In this document: positions 11,906 through 24,382 of the stretch, piece after piece
Layout of the letters: every line of letters starts with the position of its first letter
How positions within the stretch are numbered: position 1 is the first letter of the stretch
DNA from: Fistulifera solaris
Lineage: Eukaryota
NCBI GenBank assembly: GCA_030295235.1
Contig: AP026125.1
Span: 1,612,001-1,676,000, forward strand
DNA: 64,000 bases
Direction: 5' to 3'
Notes under the pieces: generated by a model
What the model saw: only the letters and a program-made list of their open reading frames with translations
What the model was told of the DNA's origin: nothing
Database searches by the model: none
Made by a program: the position numbers and the translations under genes

Positions 11906-12137
11906 CCAAATTGCTCCTAAGGTTTAGCCACACCGCCATTCGAATTCCGTTTGATCTGCTAAAAGGATGAGCTCCATTGGTCCTTACCGCAATCAAGCAA
12001 CCTTCGGCCGGCATAAAACAATGAGATATTCCATTTGGAAAGTTCAAAATCTTTATGCAGTCGTAATCTTGCCAGATTACTGTAGGTCTAAAGTGTTGGT
12101 TCAAGGAAAACGTGACTGCTTTTTAGTCATGAATCAT
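11906..12137 (+). repeat. Palindrome-repeat family unit (right flank of LINE)
   Basis: TTACTGTAGGTCTAAAGTGTTGGTTCAAGGAAAACGTGACTG-ctttt-TAGTCATGAATCA. 11908-11950 also aligns to the array unit body. Confidence 0.75.
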
Positions 12138-12500
12138 CAATTGCATTTATGAGTCATGAGACATTGAATCACGAAGTGTGAAAATGATGACGTATGCTGA
12201 CACGCTGACTGTATGACTTTACTGTACAAAAAATGAGGGGGAGTTTTTATGCAGCGAAACAAGCCGTAGAAACGTGAAACCTCGCGAAAATACTTATTGA
12301 CAGCGTGAGATGCCGGAGGTGCATTCCCCGCGAATGAAAATGCAAGTTACAGTCATTCTTACGACGGCTTGTAAGAATAATACGGAGTATAAGTTCACTT
12401 TTTATGTTTTTTTATTATTCGCGAAATTGAATGAAAGATTCGTCGTCGCAATTTGCATTCCCTCCTTTATTACATTCACAACGCACAAGGCAGCAACACG

Positions 12501-13254
12501 ATGTTCAACACAGACTACGAAGGAAAGACAGTGTGCGACACTTCGGGCAACCCATCCGTTCGTTTAATGAAAGGGCCACTGGGATTTAGTCTCTGGACTG
12601 CCGACAATGAGAACACTGGCGCCTTTCTCTCTACCAACGACGATGGCAACCTGTTCTTCGGTCGCAAATGCGATTGTTCTCCTATTGACAACATGTACTG
12701 CCCGAATGAAGCCCCGAGCTGCCACGTCTCTCCCTTGTTGACCAATTCATCACAATTCAGCATAACTTGTGTCGAAGAGCAACCGTCTTATATCAAGTAT
12801 GTTTTTCCCATCATGCTACTGATGTACACGGGACTTTGGGCGTACTGTTTCTCATCCCTGGGTTCGCGTGCAAGACGTGCCTGGAAACCTTTCCTCGTGC
12901 CCTGTGATCCGGCACGCATCGAACGAATGACTACACGCGAACTGCGTCGAAGAGATCGAGAAGACCGACAGCGACAGATTACATCACGGTTAGACGCAAG
13001 TCATCATTCGGCGTTGAAAATACCTGTTTTCTTGAAAACGAAAAAGTACAACCATGCGGATTCAATTACTTGTTCAATATGCTTGCAAGATTTCCAGCAG
13101 GGGAGACCGTATTGGAGATCTACCGTGCCAGCATCCATTCCACGTGGACTGTTTGAAGGAATGGATTCAACTGAAGAATCACTGTCCGTTGTGCAAAGTG
13201 ACAAACTTGGCGACTCGAGAACAATCCGAAGACCAACAAGCCGATGGCGTCTAA
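12501..13254 (+). CDS. Membrane-anchored RING-H2 E3 ligase (ATL-like), frameshift near 13100
   Basis: Cys-rich N-terminus, TM helix, CSICLQDF..GDRIGDLPCQHPFHVDCLKEWIQLKNHCPLCK. Confidence 0.85.
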
Positions 13255-13588
13255 TTCCATCCTTTATAAAGTTATAAATATAGCATTCAGCTTTACTCCG
13301 GAAAAATCTATTCTAACGTTCTCTTTGCGAATTCAAGCGGTGATGTGATAGTGGTATCGGTAATCGATGAAGCGCCATTTAGCATCGCCGAGCCCATGAA
13401 AGTTGAAAATAGAGAGTTTAGAAGTAAAAATGAATGGTAAAAGGTATAATCTAGTTGTAAGTTTTACTGGCAACCTGGACGTCTAATTCATTGCAGGCTG
13501 CCGTGTCCTACGCAGGTACGGAACCCTAAGAAACGATAGGACGTAAATCTAAAATATTGCATGTTAATGTTACCCCGTACCCCCTGAC

Positions 13589-13660
13589 GACTCATGACTG
13601 AGACGCAGTCGTGGCGAAAACCAGACAACATTTAGGTCCATAGTGAATAGGAGCGACGAA
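13589..13660 (-). repeat. Palindrome-repeat family copy (same orientation as the array)
   Basis: GACTCATGACTG-agacg-CAGTCGTGG..CAACATTTAGGTCCATAGT..GCGACGA aligns to 49802-49876. Confidence 0.75.
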
Positions 13661-13786
13661 GCGCGAGAATATTTTAGAGAACGCATTTTTCCGATGACGG
13701 TGAATAACGCAGCTTCTTCTCGCTGTTGACCCGAAAGCGAACGACGACGAAGCAACAAAAAGCACAACACCAATCCCTTAGAACCA

Positions 13787-14661
13787 TGAGACGATCTAAA
13801 TCGTCGTTCCGCAGTCTCGCACAGCTTTCAAATGGTACAACACATTCAAAGACCTGTGTTATTTCATTCAATCCTGTGATAGCGGTGATAAAGAACGAAA
13901 GCTCTTATGTTCTGGCTCCTCCAGATATGCAACACAGCAACGAGACAGTCCTAGTTCGTGCTTGTGATTGTATATCAGCAATTGAAGCTTACTGCTCCGA
14001 AGCGACAACTTACTGCCAAGTGTTAACAAACACCGCGAACTCCGACATTCACGTAAATTGCATCGAAGAACAGCAATCGTTCTTGCGCTACCTCTTTGCA
14101 TTCCTCTTTTTCTCAGTCTGTCTCATTTTCATCACATGCATGAGGAGCCCCAAGGGTCACACAATTCTTCGTTTCTACCGAAGGTGCATGTTGCGCTGTT
14201 GTAAAACAAGATACGATAGAGTACTCGACAATGATTTACGTTCTTTAGAACAAGACTACGTCCGCCGTCAAAACGCCGCTATGATACAACGCCGCGCGCA
14301 AAGATTGCAACAGCATCGAAGTTATGATCCATGGGGCGATACGGATATTCCTCTGGCACTTCAAGTTATACGCGTATCACGAATAGCGACACCACCAACA
14401 ACGCGACAGGTCAGCGCTCTTTTACGAACAAAACGTTACGAAGCAACCGAAGTGGACTATGTTTGTCCTGTATGTTTAATAGAGATCGAAGATGGAGATC
14501 GTGTTGGTGATCTAGCGTGTGGTCATACTTATCATGTTGATTGTCTCAAAGCATGGCTGAAACGCAAAAATATTTGTCCCCTGTGTAAATTGGAGGGTTT
14601 GGCTGCAGCGCAAGAACCAATGGCAATTGAGGCGACGACGACGAATTCGCCGTCTGACTAG
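13787..14661 (+). CDS. Membrane-anchored RING-H2 E3 ligase, paralog of upstream gene
   Basis: CPVCLIEIEDGDRVGDLACGHTYHVDCLKAWLKRKNICPLCK and a TM helix. Start uncertain. Confidence 0.85.
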
Positions 14662-14680
14662 CAAATGAATACCGATTTTT

Positions 14681-15703
14681 TCACGAGGTCGATCTGGAGA
14701 ACGCAATAGCATCCGCATCCTTCAAGACTTGAAGTACTTGGTCGTGAACAGCACCGTTGCTGCAGAGCATGTTCCTTGTTGTCACTTTGTACGGCGAACC
14801 GTCGAGATCCGTCACGAGACCACCAGCTTCATGAATGATGAGCGCACCGGCTACCAAGTCCCAGCTGCTCAAGTCGTATCCGAAATGCGGCGTCATGCGC
14901 CCAGCCGCGATCCAAGCGGTTGTTAATGCACTGCAGGCTATCATACGTAACCCTCGGCATCTATTGTTCAAGGCAAGAACACCTTTCATAGATACTGCAA
15001 AGGCATTCGGGTCGGACGGACAGCCTGCGTTAATTATAGCGTCTTTGATATCCCTTGTCGTTTCAGCCACAGATATTGGAATGTTGTTGTTGAGATAGGC
15101 CCCATGACCACGGATAGCACTAAACATCTCGTCAGCGTTCGGGTCATAAATGACCCCTACAATGGGAGTTCCTTGGAAAATGACACTCACTGTAACTCCA
15201 CACAAAGGAAGTCCAGCAGCAAAGTTTGCGGTGCCATCGATTGGGTCGCAAATCCAGACAAAACCGGTAGGTGTGTTTTGTAATGCATCTAGGAGTGCTT
15301 GTTCGCTAGCAGATGCACCTGGTGCTACATTTTCTTCCCCCAAGAAGCTGTGTTCGGGAAATGCCTTTCGTATAATACCTTCTACCGCATGTTGAGCCTG
15401 CGAATCGTATTGTGTGACAATATCTTTGATGGTGGTTTTTACGGTAAAATCCGTTGATTTCTTGAGATCACCAATTTCCGAGGAACAGCCCAAGTGACTA
15501 CGAATAATATTTCCTGCTGCTATGGCAGCCTGTTGTGCAACTACCATGATTTCTTGACATTCTTGCAAAGACACTTCTCGCTGCCACGTACTTTGGTCCG
15601 CCGACGAAGACAACGGCAGTGACGAGCTCCGAAAACGAGTCAGCGGGTGAAACGACAATCCGTTCGTGATCCCAAGTAGTATAGATGCTATTTTAATGTT
15701 CAT
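14681..15703 (-). CDS. Inositol monophosphatase (IMPL1/SuhB-like), probably plastid
   Basis: DIVT, GEE, WICDPIDGTANF, WDLVAG. Signal peptide from the ATG at 15703. Confidence 0.92.
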   Translation of the reverse strand: MNIKIASILLGITNGLSFHPLTRFRSSSLPLSSSADQSTWQREVSLQECQEIMVVAQQAAIAAGNIIRSHLGCSSEIGDLKKSTDFTVKTTIKDIVTQYDSQAQHAVEGIIRKAFPEHSFLGEENVAPGASASEQALLDALQNTPTGFVWICDPIDGTANFAAGLPLCGVTVSVIFQGTPIVGVIYDPNADEMFSAIRGHGAYLNNNIPISVAETTRDIKDAIINAGCPSDPNAFAVSMKGVLALNNRCRGLRMIACSALTTAWIAAGRMTPHFGYDLSSWDLVAGALIIHEAGGLVTDLDGSPYKVTTRNMLCSNGAVHDQVLQVLKDADAIAFSRSTS

Positions 15704-16043
15704 TTCAGCGGATTGACTCGCTAATACTCTGCTTTCAGCCACAATGTTAAAGATTACTGACTTTTTTTTATGGTCAACAAAAATGAAACGTTGATGTGTT
15801 TTGTCGAAAAAAAGGCGAAGTACAACAAGGTTAGTGGTAGCGGGAAAAGCCTTCCGATTTCGTGACGTGGCAGGCAGATGGCAAATGGCGCATGGCGCGC
15901 GATGCGCGATGATGCAGCTGCGAACACACCGCCGATCGAACCGAAACTTTTTCTCTGTCTCTGCTCGCATTTATTAATACTCTTATGGCACCAAGATCAT
16001 CTCAAAGTTATCTTTCGTCATCGCTGACCATAACATATTCACC

Positions 16044-16592
16044 ATGGCATCAAGATTCAAATTCGCTTCCACCACAATTTTTCTCGTGCGTTTCTACTGC
16101 TTTCTGATGTGCTTTCAAGCCGAAGCTTTTCGATCGTCGGATCAACTCCCCACCGCGTCTTCTTCTCCCAGATCCTTCTCTTCCTCAACCGAATTGCATC
16201 TTTTCGGTGTCCTGAAAGATGCCAAGAAGGCTTTAGTCAGAAAATTAGCTGGGGAATATGATTCAGAGGCAGTGCGAGCTCGCATTGATAATCTCATCAA
16301 AACAAATGACGTGCTGATGCTTTCGTTTACAACATGCCCCTACTGTATCAAAGCCAAACAAGTGCTGGATGCCAAATCCGCAAATTACACCGTCGTCGAG
16401 CTGAATGAAGATCCTGCCGGTACGGCCATTCGTGCAGAGCTATTTGATCTCGTAGGTCGATCATCGGTCCCCGCGATCTGGATTGGTGGAGAGTTTATTG
16501 GAGGATGCAACGATGGCCCTATGGGCGGTATTGTTCAGTTGCAGGAGCAAGGGAAGCTGGATGATATGCTAAAGAATGTGGGAGCGATCTAG
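16044..16592 (+). CDS. Glutaredoxin (CPYC), bipartite plastid presequence
   Basis: TCPYC, SVPAIWIGGEFIGGCND, AEAF cleavage motif. Confidence 0.93.
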   Translation: MASRFKFASTTIFLVRFYCFLMCFQAEAFRSSDQLPTASSSPRSFSSSTELHLFGVLKDAKKALVRKLAGEYDSEAVRARIDNLIKTNDVLMLSFTTCPYCIKAKQVLDAKSANYTVVELNEDPAGTAIRAELFDLVGRSSVPAIWIGGEFIGGCNDGPMGGIVQLQEQGKLDDMLKNVGAI

Positions 16593-16789
16593 ATTCGCAT
16601 TGTCAAAAGGCTTTTAAGCAAGTTGAGACATAGATCCGACTCGACTGACATGAAGCACAATAAAAGTATTTACGTCGACTCTCAGCATAGGATATCAGGT
16701 AACAATTAGCGATTTTCAGTCCTTTGTCTGTCTAGGTATGTTGAGGGTGGCAGAGATTTTTATTAGTAGACCCTAGAGACTTGAAGTCG

Positions 16790-17100
16790 CGAGGAGTCGT
16801 GATCGATCTTTATCGATTCTTCTGGACGTGCTGCACATGTTGCTACGTTAATCGCTTCAATTGGCATTTTACTGTATCTGTAGATCGAATGATTACCATA
16901 CGCTTTATTTGCATTTGTTCATTTGCTTTTTCGGCCGACAAGGATCTAGCAAAGTCTAGGATCAAAATTTTCACGTTTTTACTGTCTTCCAAACTGTAGA
17001 TTACTTTTTTCCACCCCGACTCGAGTTCAGTCATGAGTCGTCATCGATTCTTCTGAGCTTGCAGCACAGGTTGTTGCGTAATTCTTTTCATTGGCATCAT
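16790..17100 (+). repeat. Degenerate ~232 bp dimer of the palindrome-repeat family
   Basis: atcgattcttctg..gcaca..gttg..cgt..ttggcat occurs at ~16812 and ~17044. GACTC-gagtt-CAGTCATGAGTC at 17018. Confidence 0.6.
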
Positions 17101-17407
17101 TATTGATTAAAGAACAACAAGATATATATTATGAGCTGCAAGAAATATATTAAACGCCAATTTGAAGCGTGAATGTGACTATCGCAGTCATTATTACGAC
17201 ATGACGATGACCCATGACCTTAATCGCATCGAGCTTTTCTTTGCTGTCTGACATTGAACCGTCAAAGGTCTGCAGAGCCAATCGAGACGATAGAAACGTT
17301 CGCAGCAAATTTTCGCTCCGCATTTCGTCATTTCCCCATCGAGCTGTGAAGAAAACATTGCCGTCGACCTTGTCATTAGCAATAAAGGACATAGCATTTC
17401 ATTTACC

Positions 17408-19072
17408 ATGACTTCGTCTGACAACAAAGCCAAGCCAGTGAATCTATTTGACTACAGCGAAGAAGAACTGTTGCAACACAATGCTCTAACTCATTACGAA
17501 ATATTAAATGTTCCCGTCTTTGCAACGACCGATGACGTCAAAAAGGCGTACCGCAAATCTTCTCTTAAGTATCACCCTGACAAAACTGGACGTGGTGAAG
17601 ATGATTACGTTTTCTTGGCGGTCAAAGCTGCTTATGATACACTGACAGACTCAGCGAAACGACAAGCCTACGATAGCACTGTCATGCCGTTCGACGATGA
17701 AATTCCGCCACCTCGTTCTCAACTGCTACAAGACCCTCTTCTTTTATACAAAGACGAGGACTTTTATGATTTATTCGGACCAGTTTTTGAAAGAAACTTG
17801 AGATTCGATGCACGTCTGCGACCGGAAAATCACAAAAAGAACAAAAACAACAATAATTTACAGAAAACCTCCGCCTCCAAAGCACCGACGCTCGGTGACG
17901 CTAATACTCCCATCGAAGAAGTTCATGCTTTCTACGAATACTGGGTGCATTTTGAATCATGGCGGGATTACTCACAGACAGCCGCCGATGAGCTGGAAAT
18001 CGATCAAGAAAATGCCGAGAGTCGCTACGAGAAAAGATGGCTGCAAAAGAAATTGACCGACGGGCCAAACAGTTGAAAAGACAGGAAATGGCACGTATTC
18101 AACTTTTAGTCGAGCGGGCTTCAGAAGCAGATCCCCGACTTCGGAAGGAGCGACTGGAGAGACAGCAAGCTAAAGTAGATGCAGCGAAGCAGCGTGAGTT
18201 GGAAGCAGAAAGAAGAAAGCAGGAGCAAATAGAAGCAGAGAAAAGAGAAGAGGAACGCTTGGAGCAAGAGAAACAGCAGAAAGCGGCAGAAAAGATGGCT
18301 AGGGAACAAGAGAAGAAGATGGTACGAAAAGAGCGTCAGCAGTTGCGCCGGATGACATCGGCGTCTTTTGAGAGCGTCAAAGAAGAAGCAGACGAATTGC
18401 CGTGGAAAGATTCTTACGACATGAGCGTCGACATTGATTTTCTGTGTGCTTCATTAAGCTTCACTCAGCTCAAAGAAATCAATACGAAATACGAGTCACA
18501 TGAGGATCACGCGAAAGCACTGCAGTTTGTACAGGAAAAGGTCAAAAGGGTCAAAGACGGGGAAGAATGCGGCAACGCTGAGCAATCATTAGAACTGAAT
18601 GGCGGAGTTACAGCAGAAATGAGCAACAGCGGCAGCAAATCTTCTGCAACAGTAAATCCGTGGTCACAAGAGGAGATGTCAGCTTTGGCGAAGGGCATTA
18701 AAAAGTTTCCCGCTGGAGGTGCAAACCGATGGGACCAGATTGCTAACTATGTAAACAATCTTTGCCGGCAAGATGTCCCGCGGACCAGACAGGAATGCAT
18801 TGACAAGTACAATGCATTAGCACGCGAGTCTAAGAATACGGACGCAACGGCAGTAGAAGAACCGAAGAACGGAGCAGACAATGGCGATGAGAACAGCGAG
18901 TGGACTGCAGAACAAGACCAACAGCTACAAGACGGGCTGACAAAGTTTCCTGCGACTATGGACAAAAAATGAGCGATGGGCTAGTATCGCTAAGGGAGTA
19001 ACAGGAAAATCGAAGAAAGACTGCGTGCAACGATTTAAAGCGATTCGTGAAGCGCTAAAAAATCGAAAGTGA
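17408..19072 (+). CDS. DNAJC2: DNAJC2/MPP11 (zuotin-related) J-protein with two SANT/Myb domains
   Basis: YHPDK J-domain, FESWRD zuotin motif, PWSQEE..RWDQIA and WTAEQDQQLQ SANT repeats. Indels near 18055 and 18968. Confidence 0.92.
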
Positions 19073-19127
19073 TTATTATGATCCAGAAGTTCAGAAGTCC
19101 GTAAGTCTCGCATTTAGCAATTTAAAT

Positions 19128-20408
19128 TTAGGCATCGTTTGTCTCCTCTGACTGCATATCTGCCTTGTATCTAAGATACGCACCAATACATTCCTCGAGT
19201 ATTTCACCGTCTAGGAAGGCCTGAGTGTTTGTAGTTTCCCACCCTGTTCTCTGATCTTTAACCATTTTGTACGGATGCAACACATAGTTTCGTATTTGTG
19301 CACCCCACGATGCTTCTACTACGTCCCCGCGAATTTCATTGATCTCTTTCACACGCTGCTCCTGTGCAACCGCGAGTAATTGCACCTTCAAACGCTTCAG
19401 TGCAATTTCACGATTAGCCGACTGACTTCGTTCTTGCGTGCATTTCACTTGGAGACCGGTTGGGATGTGTCGGATGCGCACAGCGGATTCTACTTTGTTA
19501 ACGTTTTGGCCACCTTTTCCTCCAGACCTCATGGTCGTTATTTCTAAATCAGAACCTGGAATTTGTATATCGTTCAGCACAATGTCGCTGTCGAGTAGAT
19601 CTGCAGGCGCAACATCAACTCCCGCAAAAGTAGTTTGGCGCTTATTGTTAGCATTGAATGGGCTGAGGCGTACTAACCGGTGGGCGCCCTTCTCTCCTTG
19701 GAACCAACCAAAAGCATTCGGTCCAGTGACGAGCATTTCCACGCTCTTATAACCGACAACTTCACCAGCTTGTTCGTCTTCTACAATGCATTGAAATCCC
19801 ATTTTCGCGCAGTGTCTTTCATACATTCGTTTTAGATCTTTCACCCAATCATTGGCTTCCGTGCCACCGGCACCAGCTGTCAAGAGTATTCGAGCCGGCG
19901 CTTGATCGTAAGGACCCGAAAGCAATAATTCTAGTTCATAGTTCTCACTATCAGCCCGTAAATTGCGGGTCTGTTCCTCTAATTCTTCCAGCAACAGTTC
20001 TCGTTCGTCGGACGATAAGGAATCGTCTTGTAGAAATTCAAGAGCCGCTCGGCAATCTCCACTACATTTCTTCCACTTTTCCATACGTTGCAGGAGTCTC
20101 GTATACGTAGATAGTTGTTGTGTGACCACCGACGCTCGCTGGTTGGCAGCATCCCAGAAATTCGGATCAGCTTGTTCTCGTTCTAAATCATCGATGCGAC
20201 TTTGCAGTTGCGATGTTGTCATGCCGGTTGATTTTAAATTCTTTTCATAGCATGCGATTGCGTCTTCAGCTTCCTTTCGTAAGGTGACATAATCAAGCTG
20301 TCGCGTTGCAGTAAGGAAAGCCACTGTATTGGATACGAATGCGTTTCGAAAGGGTACAAAAGCTCGAGCCAAGCAAAGGTAGTTTGTGATCATGATCAGT
20401 GCGCGCAT
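19128..20408 (-). CDS. prfB: Peptide chain release factor 2, organellar
   Basis: [24 protein letters not shown] (SPF), [19 protein letters not shown]. Presequence ARAFVP. Confidence 0.95.
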   Translation of the reverse strand: MRALIMITNYLCLARAFVPFRNAFVSNTVAFLTATRQLDYVTLRKEAEDAIACYEKNLKSTGMTTSQLQSRIDDLEREQADPNFWDAANQRASVVTQQLSTYTRLLQRMEKWKKCSGDCRAALEFLQDDSLSSDERELLLEELEEQTRNLRADSENYELELLLSGPYDQAPARILLTAGAGGTEANDWVKDLKRMYERHCAKMGFQCIVEDEQAGEVVGYKSVEMLVTGPNAFGWFQGEKGAHRLVRLSPFNANNKRQTTFAGVDVAPADLLDSDIVLNDIQIPGSDLEITTMRSGGKGGQNVNKVESAVRIRHIPTGLQVKCTQERSQSANREIALKRLKVQLLAVAQEQRVKEINEIRGDVVEASWGAQIRNYVLHPYKMVKDQRTGWETTNTQAFLDGEILEECIGAYLRYKADMQSEETNDA

Positions 20409-21171
20409 CGTTTGTCGTGAAGTATTGATCCTTTGCTAACTATATCATCGAAGAACGCAGTCGAGGACACTCAGCCGAACCTGGCAAATAAAGGTGATAC
20501 AAAGTATTAAGTCAGTTATTGTTACAACAACAACTATCATTCAAGGAAATGGCGAAACGTGAAATGCAAATGCGCCTCAAAATACTTCCTCGCCGTTTTT
20601 CACCGACGGGCGAGGACAGAATTCGTCTATGTTCCACTTAGCTCAAGCTGCTAAAGAGCGTAATGTACATCAGCAGCCTACAAGTACCAGTAATCTTAGC
20701 CGGCTAATGAGTTAAAAGAAAAGATTGCTAGTCTTGCAGAACAACAAACAAAGCATCGAGACATTAGAGGTCAAACAGGAAAAATTCCATTGAAATTGAC
20801 TTAATTTAGCAACGCCATTTGGCTGTAGACATTTGCGTGTTGATAAATCGCTCTAACAAGTCCTCCAAGGGCACGATTAGCCAAGTCATCAGCTCATTAT
20901 GGTTAAAAATTTATGCATGACCGTTGTAAGAAGTGTGGCTGATTGCACTTGCCCTTCAATTAATGCGACGAATTTAATAGAATGTGGCTGGCCCGAAATA
21001 AGCAGCCACTGTCCCGCAATGCGAATCTCTCTTGCCAATCATTGACTAGACAAGTAGTAATGTCTCTTTAGAAAGTGCTGGCAGTTGAGGAGCAACGTAA
21101 ACGAACCTTCACCTTCCGCTCAACAATCCTCCGCTGTACCTTAACAATGAAGCGACACCACTTTTCATTGA

Positions 21172-22067
21172 TTACAAGGACAATTCTGACTCAATAGATG
21201 TCCACAACTCGTCCAAACCCGTCCCATGCTTAGCACTCGTCACATATACGAAAGGACTCTGCGAGAGTGTGTCGTCGATCTGCTGTCTATGATGATAACG
21301 CATACAAATCTGGTTCACGTGTTTGATGATATCCGCCATACGCCGGGCACCGTCTGACTTTGTCAGCACAATCGTAAAGGGTATGTCCGCTTCTTCTAAC
21401 CAACCCTGTACTGTTTGGTCGAATGCTTGAGGGCCGACACGTGCATCTTGCAACAAGAACAAGCGTGTCAATGGTGCTCGCAGAAGAAACTGTTGCGTAC
21501 GACGCTGCCATTCTTCCACTGCCTCATCCGGTCCCACCGCAAAACCATATCCAGGCAAATCAACGAAATAAGCATGAATTCGTTCCATAGAATTGTGTGT
21601 GTTTTCCGAGGCAACCCATCCGTAATAATGCACTTTTTGTGTCCGACCCGGCTGTTTACTAGTCACTGCTAGTGATTGGTTCATGAGAGCATTCAAAAGG
21701 CTCGACTTTCCGACATTCGATCTCCCCAAAAAAAGCAAATCGGGGAGTTGTATCATCGGGGGAAGGGTGCTGCTGGCCTCCAAACGCTGCCGGTTCCATT
21801 CGTTTGAATTGCCGATGCCGATGAATCGCAGTAGAAAACGATTCCAGGTCATAGTCGCCAGACTCCGCTGCCACTTTGCTACAAACACGTGGGGAGAAGA
21901 TGTCGGGAGCAACAATGCCGGAGGAATGATTGGATTTCCCTGATCATCTTTTACAGGCTTTGTCTTTCTGGGCTTCGGTGGTTTACTTTTTTCGTTGTAA
22001 AGGAAGCACGAGAAAAACGATACAACCGCTGTGAGAGGCGACTGACCGGCATTTGTGTATAGAACAT
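21172..22067 (-). CDS. EngB/YihA family GTPase, organellar
   Basis: GRSNVGKSS, PGRT, DLPGYG, TKSD, TSAK. N-terminus from the ATG at 22067 across a poly-A indel. Confidence 0.88.
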
Positions 22068-22489
22068 ACTACTGCTTATTTTTTAGAGCAAGCTTTGAAG
22101 TTTGTTGATTGTAAGTAATAAAAGAATATACTGTAACTCAACTTTGACATCACCGCCATCGTCGTCGTCGTTGTTGTCGTGCATTTCTTTGACCCGGGAC
22201 AGGGAGAGTTTCAGTCGGGAAAATACACCCCCAAAAAACTATTTACTCCGTATAAGATACTATACGTTTATATACTTTATTCCCTATACTGATAAGTATT
22301 TAGTATGACATCATACATCATTTTCATAACTCATGACTCATGACCGGACTGAAGCCGTGCGTCAGCTTTTTCAACACTTTTTTACCAACGCAGAAAGCCA
22401 TGCGCAAAGATGGCGGAAGCGGATTGTGATTATTTGACAGCTATTGATTTTGAAGCAATATCACTCATTAAGGAGAATAAGACATCAAG

Positions 22490-22970
22490 ATGAAGACAAT
22501 CTGCTCATTATTGTACCTCTTGGCGACCCTTTTCGTTTGCCAAACAAACGCGTTCGTTTCTCGAGCTTCCGTTATTTCCAGACCGTCGACCCCCGTCAGT
22601 TCCGTTGCTCTGCAAGAGCGGCGTTGGAATTTCAACGACGGTCAGAGTCCTTGGGGAATGAAGAAAAATGCGGAAATTTGGAATGGACGATTCGCACAGG
22701 TGAGTTTGCTTCGTGCTATAGTTTAAATGTAATTCGACGCCGACAGTTAACGTTTCTTTATTCTTTTCGTTTCGTTTATCAATCTTTCAGATGGCTTTCG
22801 TTATAGTTTTTCTTCAAGAGCTCGTACAGGGTAAAGGGGTATTTGAGGGACTTGCCCAAGGCGACCCAGTAAACTATGCTGTTTTGGGAATGTTTGGTGT
22901 TTCTCTTGTAGGTCTGACGGCGTGGCTGGCTATCCAAGGGGATGATGACTTCGTTGCACGAGAAATGTAA
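22490..22970 (+). CDS. LHC-like two-helix stress protein (SEP/HLIP family), intron 22700-22790
   Basis: AEIWNGRFAQ|MAFVIVFLQELVQGKG chlorophyll-binding motif plus a second helix. TNAF presequence. GT-AG intron. Confidence 0.88.
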
Positions 22971-24382
22971 ATGGGCACGCTACATTTATTTTAACCAGTG
23001 ACTAACAACATGCATCGAATCTTGTTGAAGCTACCGGAACTATACAACGATTAGCGAATACATACGAATAATGATCGTCAATAGCTGAAATCCGTTCAAT
23101 TCGAGCCCCACTCCTTGCAACTTGGTATCGCCATGTCTTCAAAAGTGAATATTTCTGTCTCGTCGTAGAACCTGCATTTTGGAGTTTACGTAAAGTGGGA
23201 GGTTGACATGGCGCTCTATCAATTGTCTTTGTAGCCGCTCCATCATCTTAGCCAACAAGTTTTCATCTAAATTGCTAAAAACTCAGTTTGCATAGATCGT
23301 CATGTGTCACCAGAAAACACTATCCAAATACTGTTCTAGTTTCGTTTGTAAACCGTAAGCCTTACCATCCACGAAAAGTTGCAGATAAGTTGCGCATAAT
23401 AACACTGGAAATGTCGAATGAACCTTTTGATTCGAAGTTCGAAGCAAAACTAATCACTCTGCCAAACTTGAAAAAATTTGAAAGCCTATCATTTACAGGT
23501 AACGAAGTGGCAACGCATGTGCCCAGAATATCAAAGTCTAGCGGTACTTTGTTTTCTCGTTGCTCGAATCTCCTTAGCTCTGAGTCTGAGTCACGAAAAG
23601 TCACAACCGGGTTATCATTTAATTTTATTGGTCTTTTTATCGTACAAGTACTTTATACTTTATACTGTATTATTGTTCTGTATCTTTATTATTTCTTCAT
23701 TACGACGTATTTCATATATGGTACACTGTGCTCTATATACCCCTCATTATTCCTTCTTCCTTTTCATTCTCTTTTCAGTTTTGCCTTTATGTCCGCTTCG
23801 ACGGCCAATGACCAATGATAGATATCAATGACCATGTACTGAATCTGTGTACTTTGTAATTATACTTGGCGAAGGCCCAAGTGAACGTTGGTCACAATTT
23901 TTTACAGTATAATTATAGTTACTTATTACTCCGTGGCCATAGTATTTACCCAGCGAAAACAGAAAACCTCTATAACGCGAAACGGAAAAACAAGAAGCAA
24001 GACGAAACACGAAAGAAGGCAACCAACAACAAAACCTTTGATTTCGACGTTCGACGTTTGAAGCTTACTAACGTCATTTGCTCCCTGGCCTTCGGTCTTC
24101 GGTCTTCGGGCTGTCTCTGATTTGTTGAGAGATAAGGGAGATGCGGCGATGTTGAACATGAGCGGTGAAACTGTGACTTATCCATGGTCACTGACAACTT
24201 TAACGATGATTCTTCCTTCCTTCTCACTTCTGAGTTTCTTGATGATGTTTTCCTCGCCTCCTCCCTCCTCTCTGATCGTATTTTTGAAAAGAAAAACAAA
24301 CAGAGTTGCGAAACATTCTTTCATAGTTGCGAGTCAGCTCACACTTTCATGCACCACTTAGCTTCAACTCGACCAAAGCAAG

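Noticed and set aside
10333..12137. Flanking direct repeats read as LTRs or a TSD of the retroelement
   Set aside because: The same motif occurs at several unrelated loci and in the array. The insert has a LINE-type tail and no TG..CA ends, PBS or PPT.
19128..20408. Programmed +1 frameshift of RF2
   Set aside because: The ORF is continuous, as expected for a nuclear-encoded organellar RF2.
23288..23831. 176-aa hydrophobic ORF
   Set aside because: It has a non-ATG start, and its hydrophobicity comes from T-rich low-complexity DNA.
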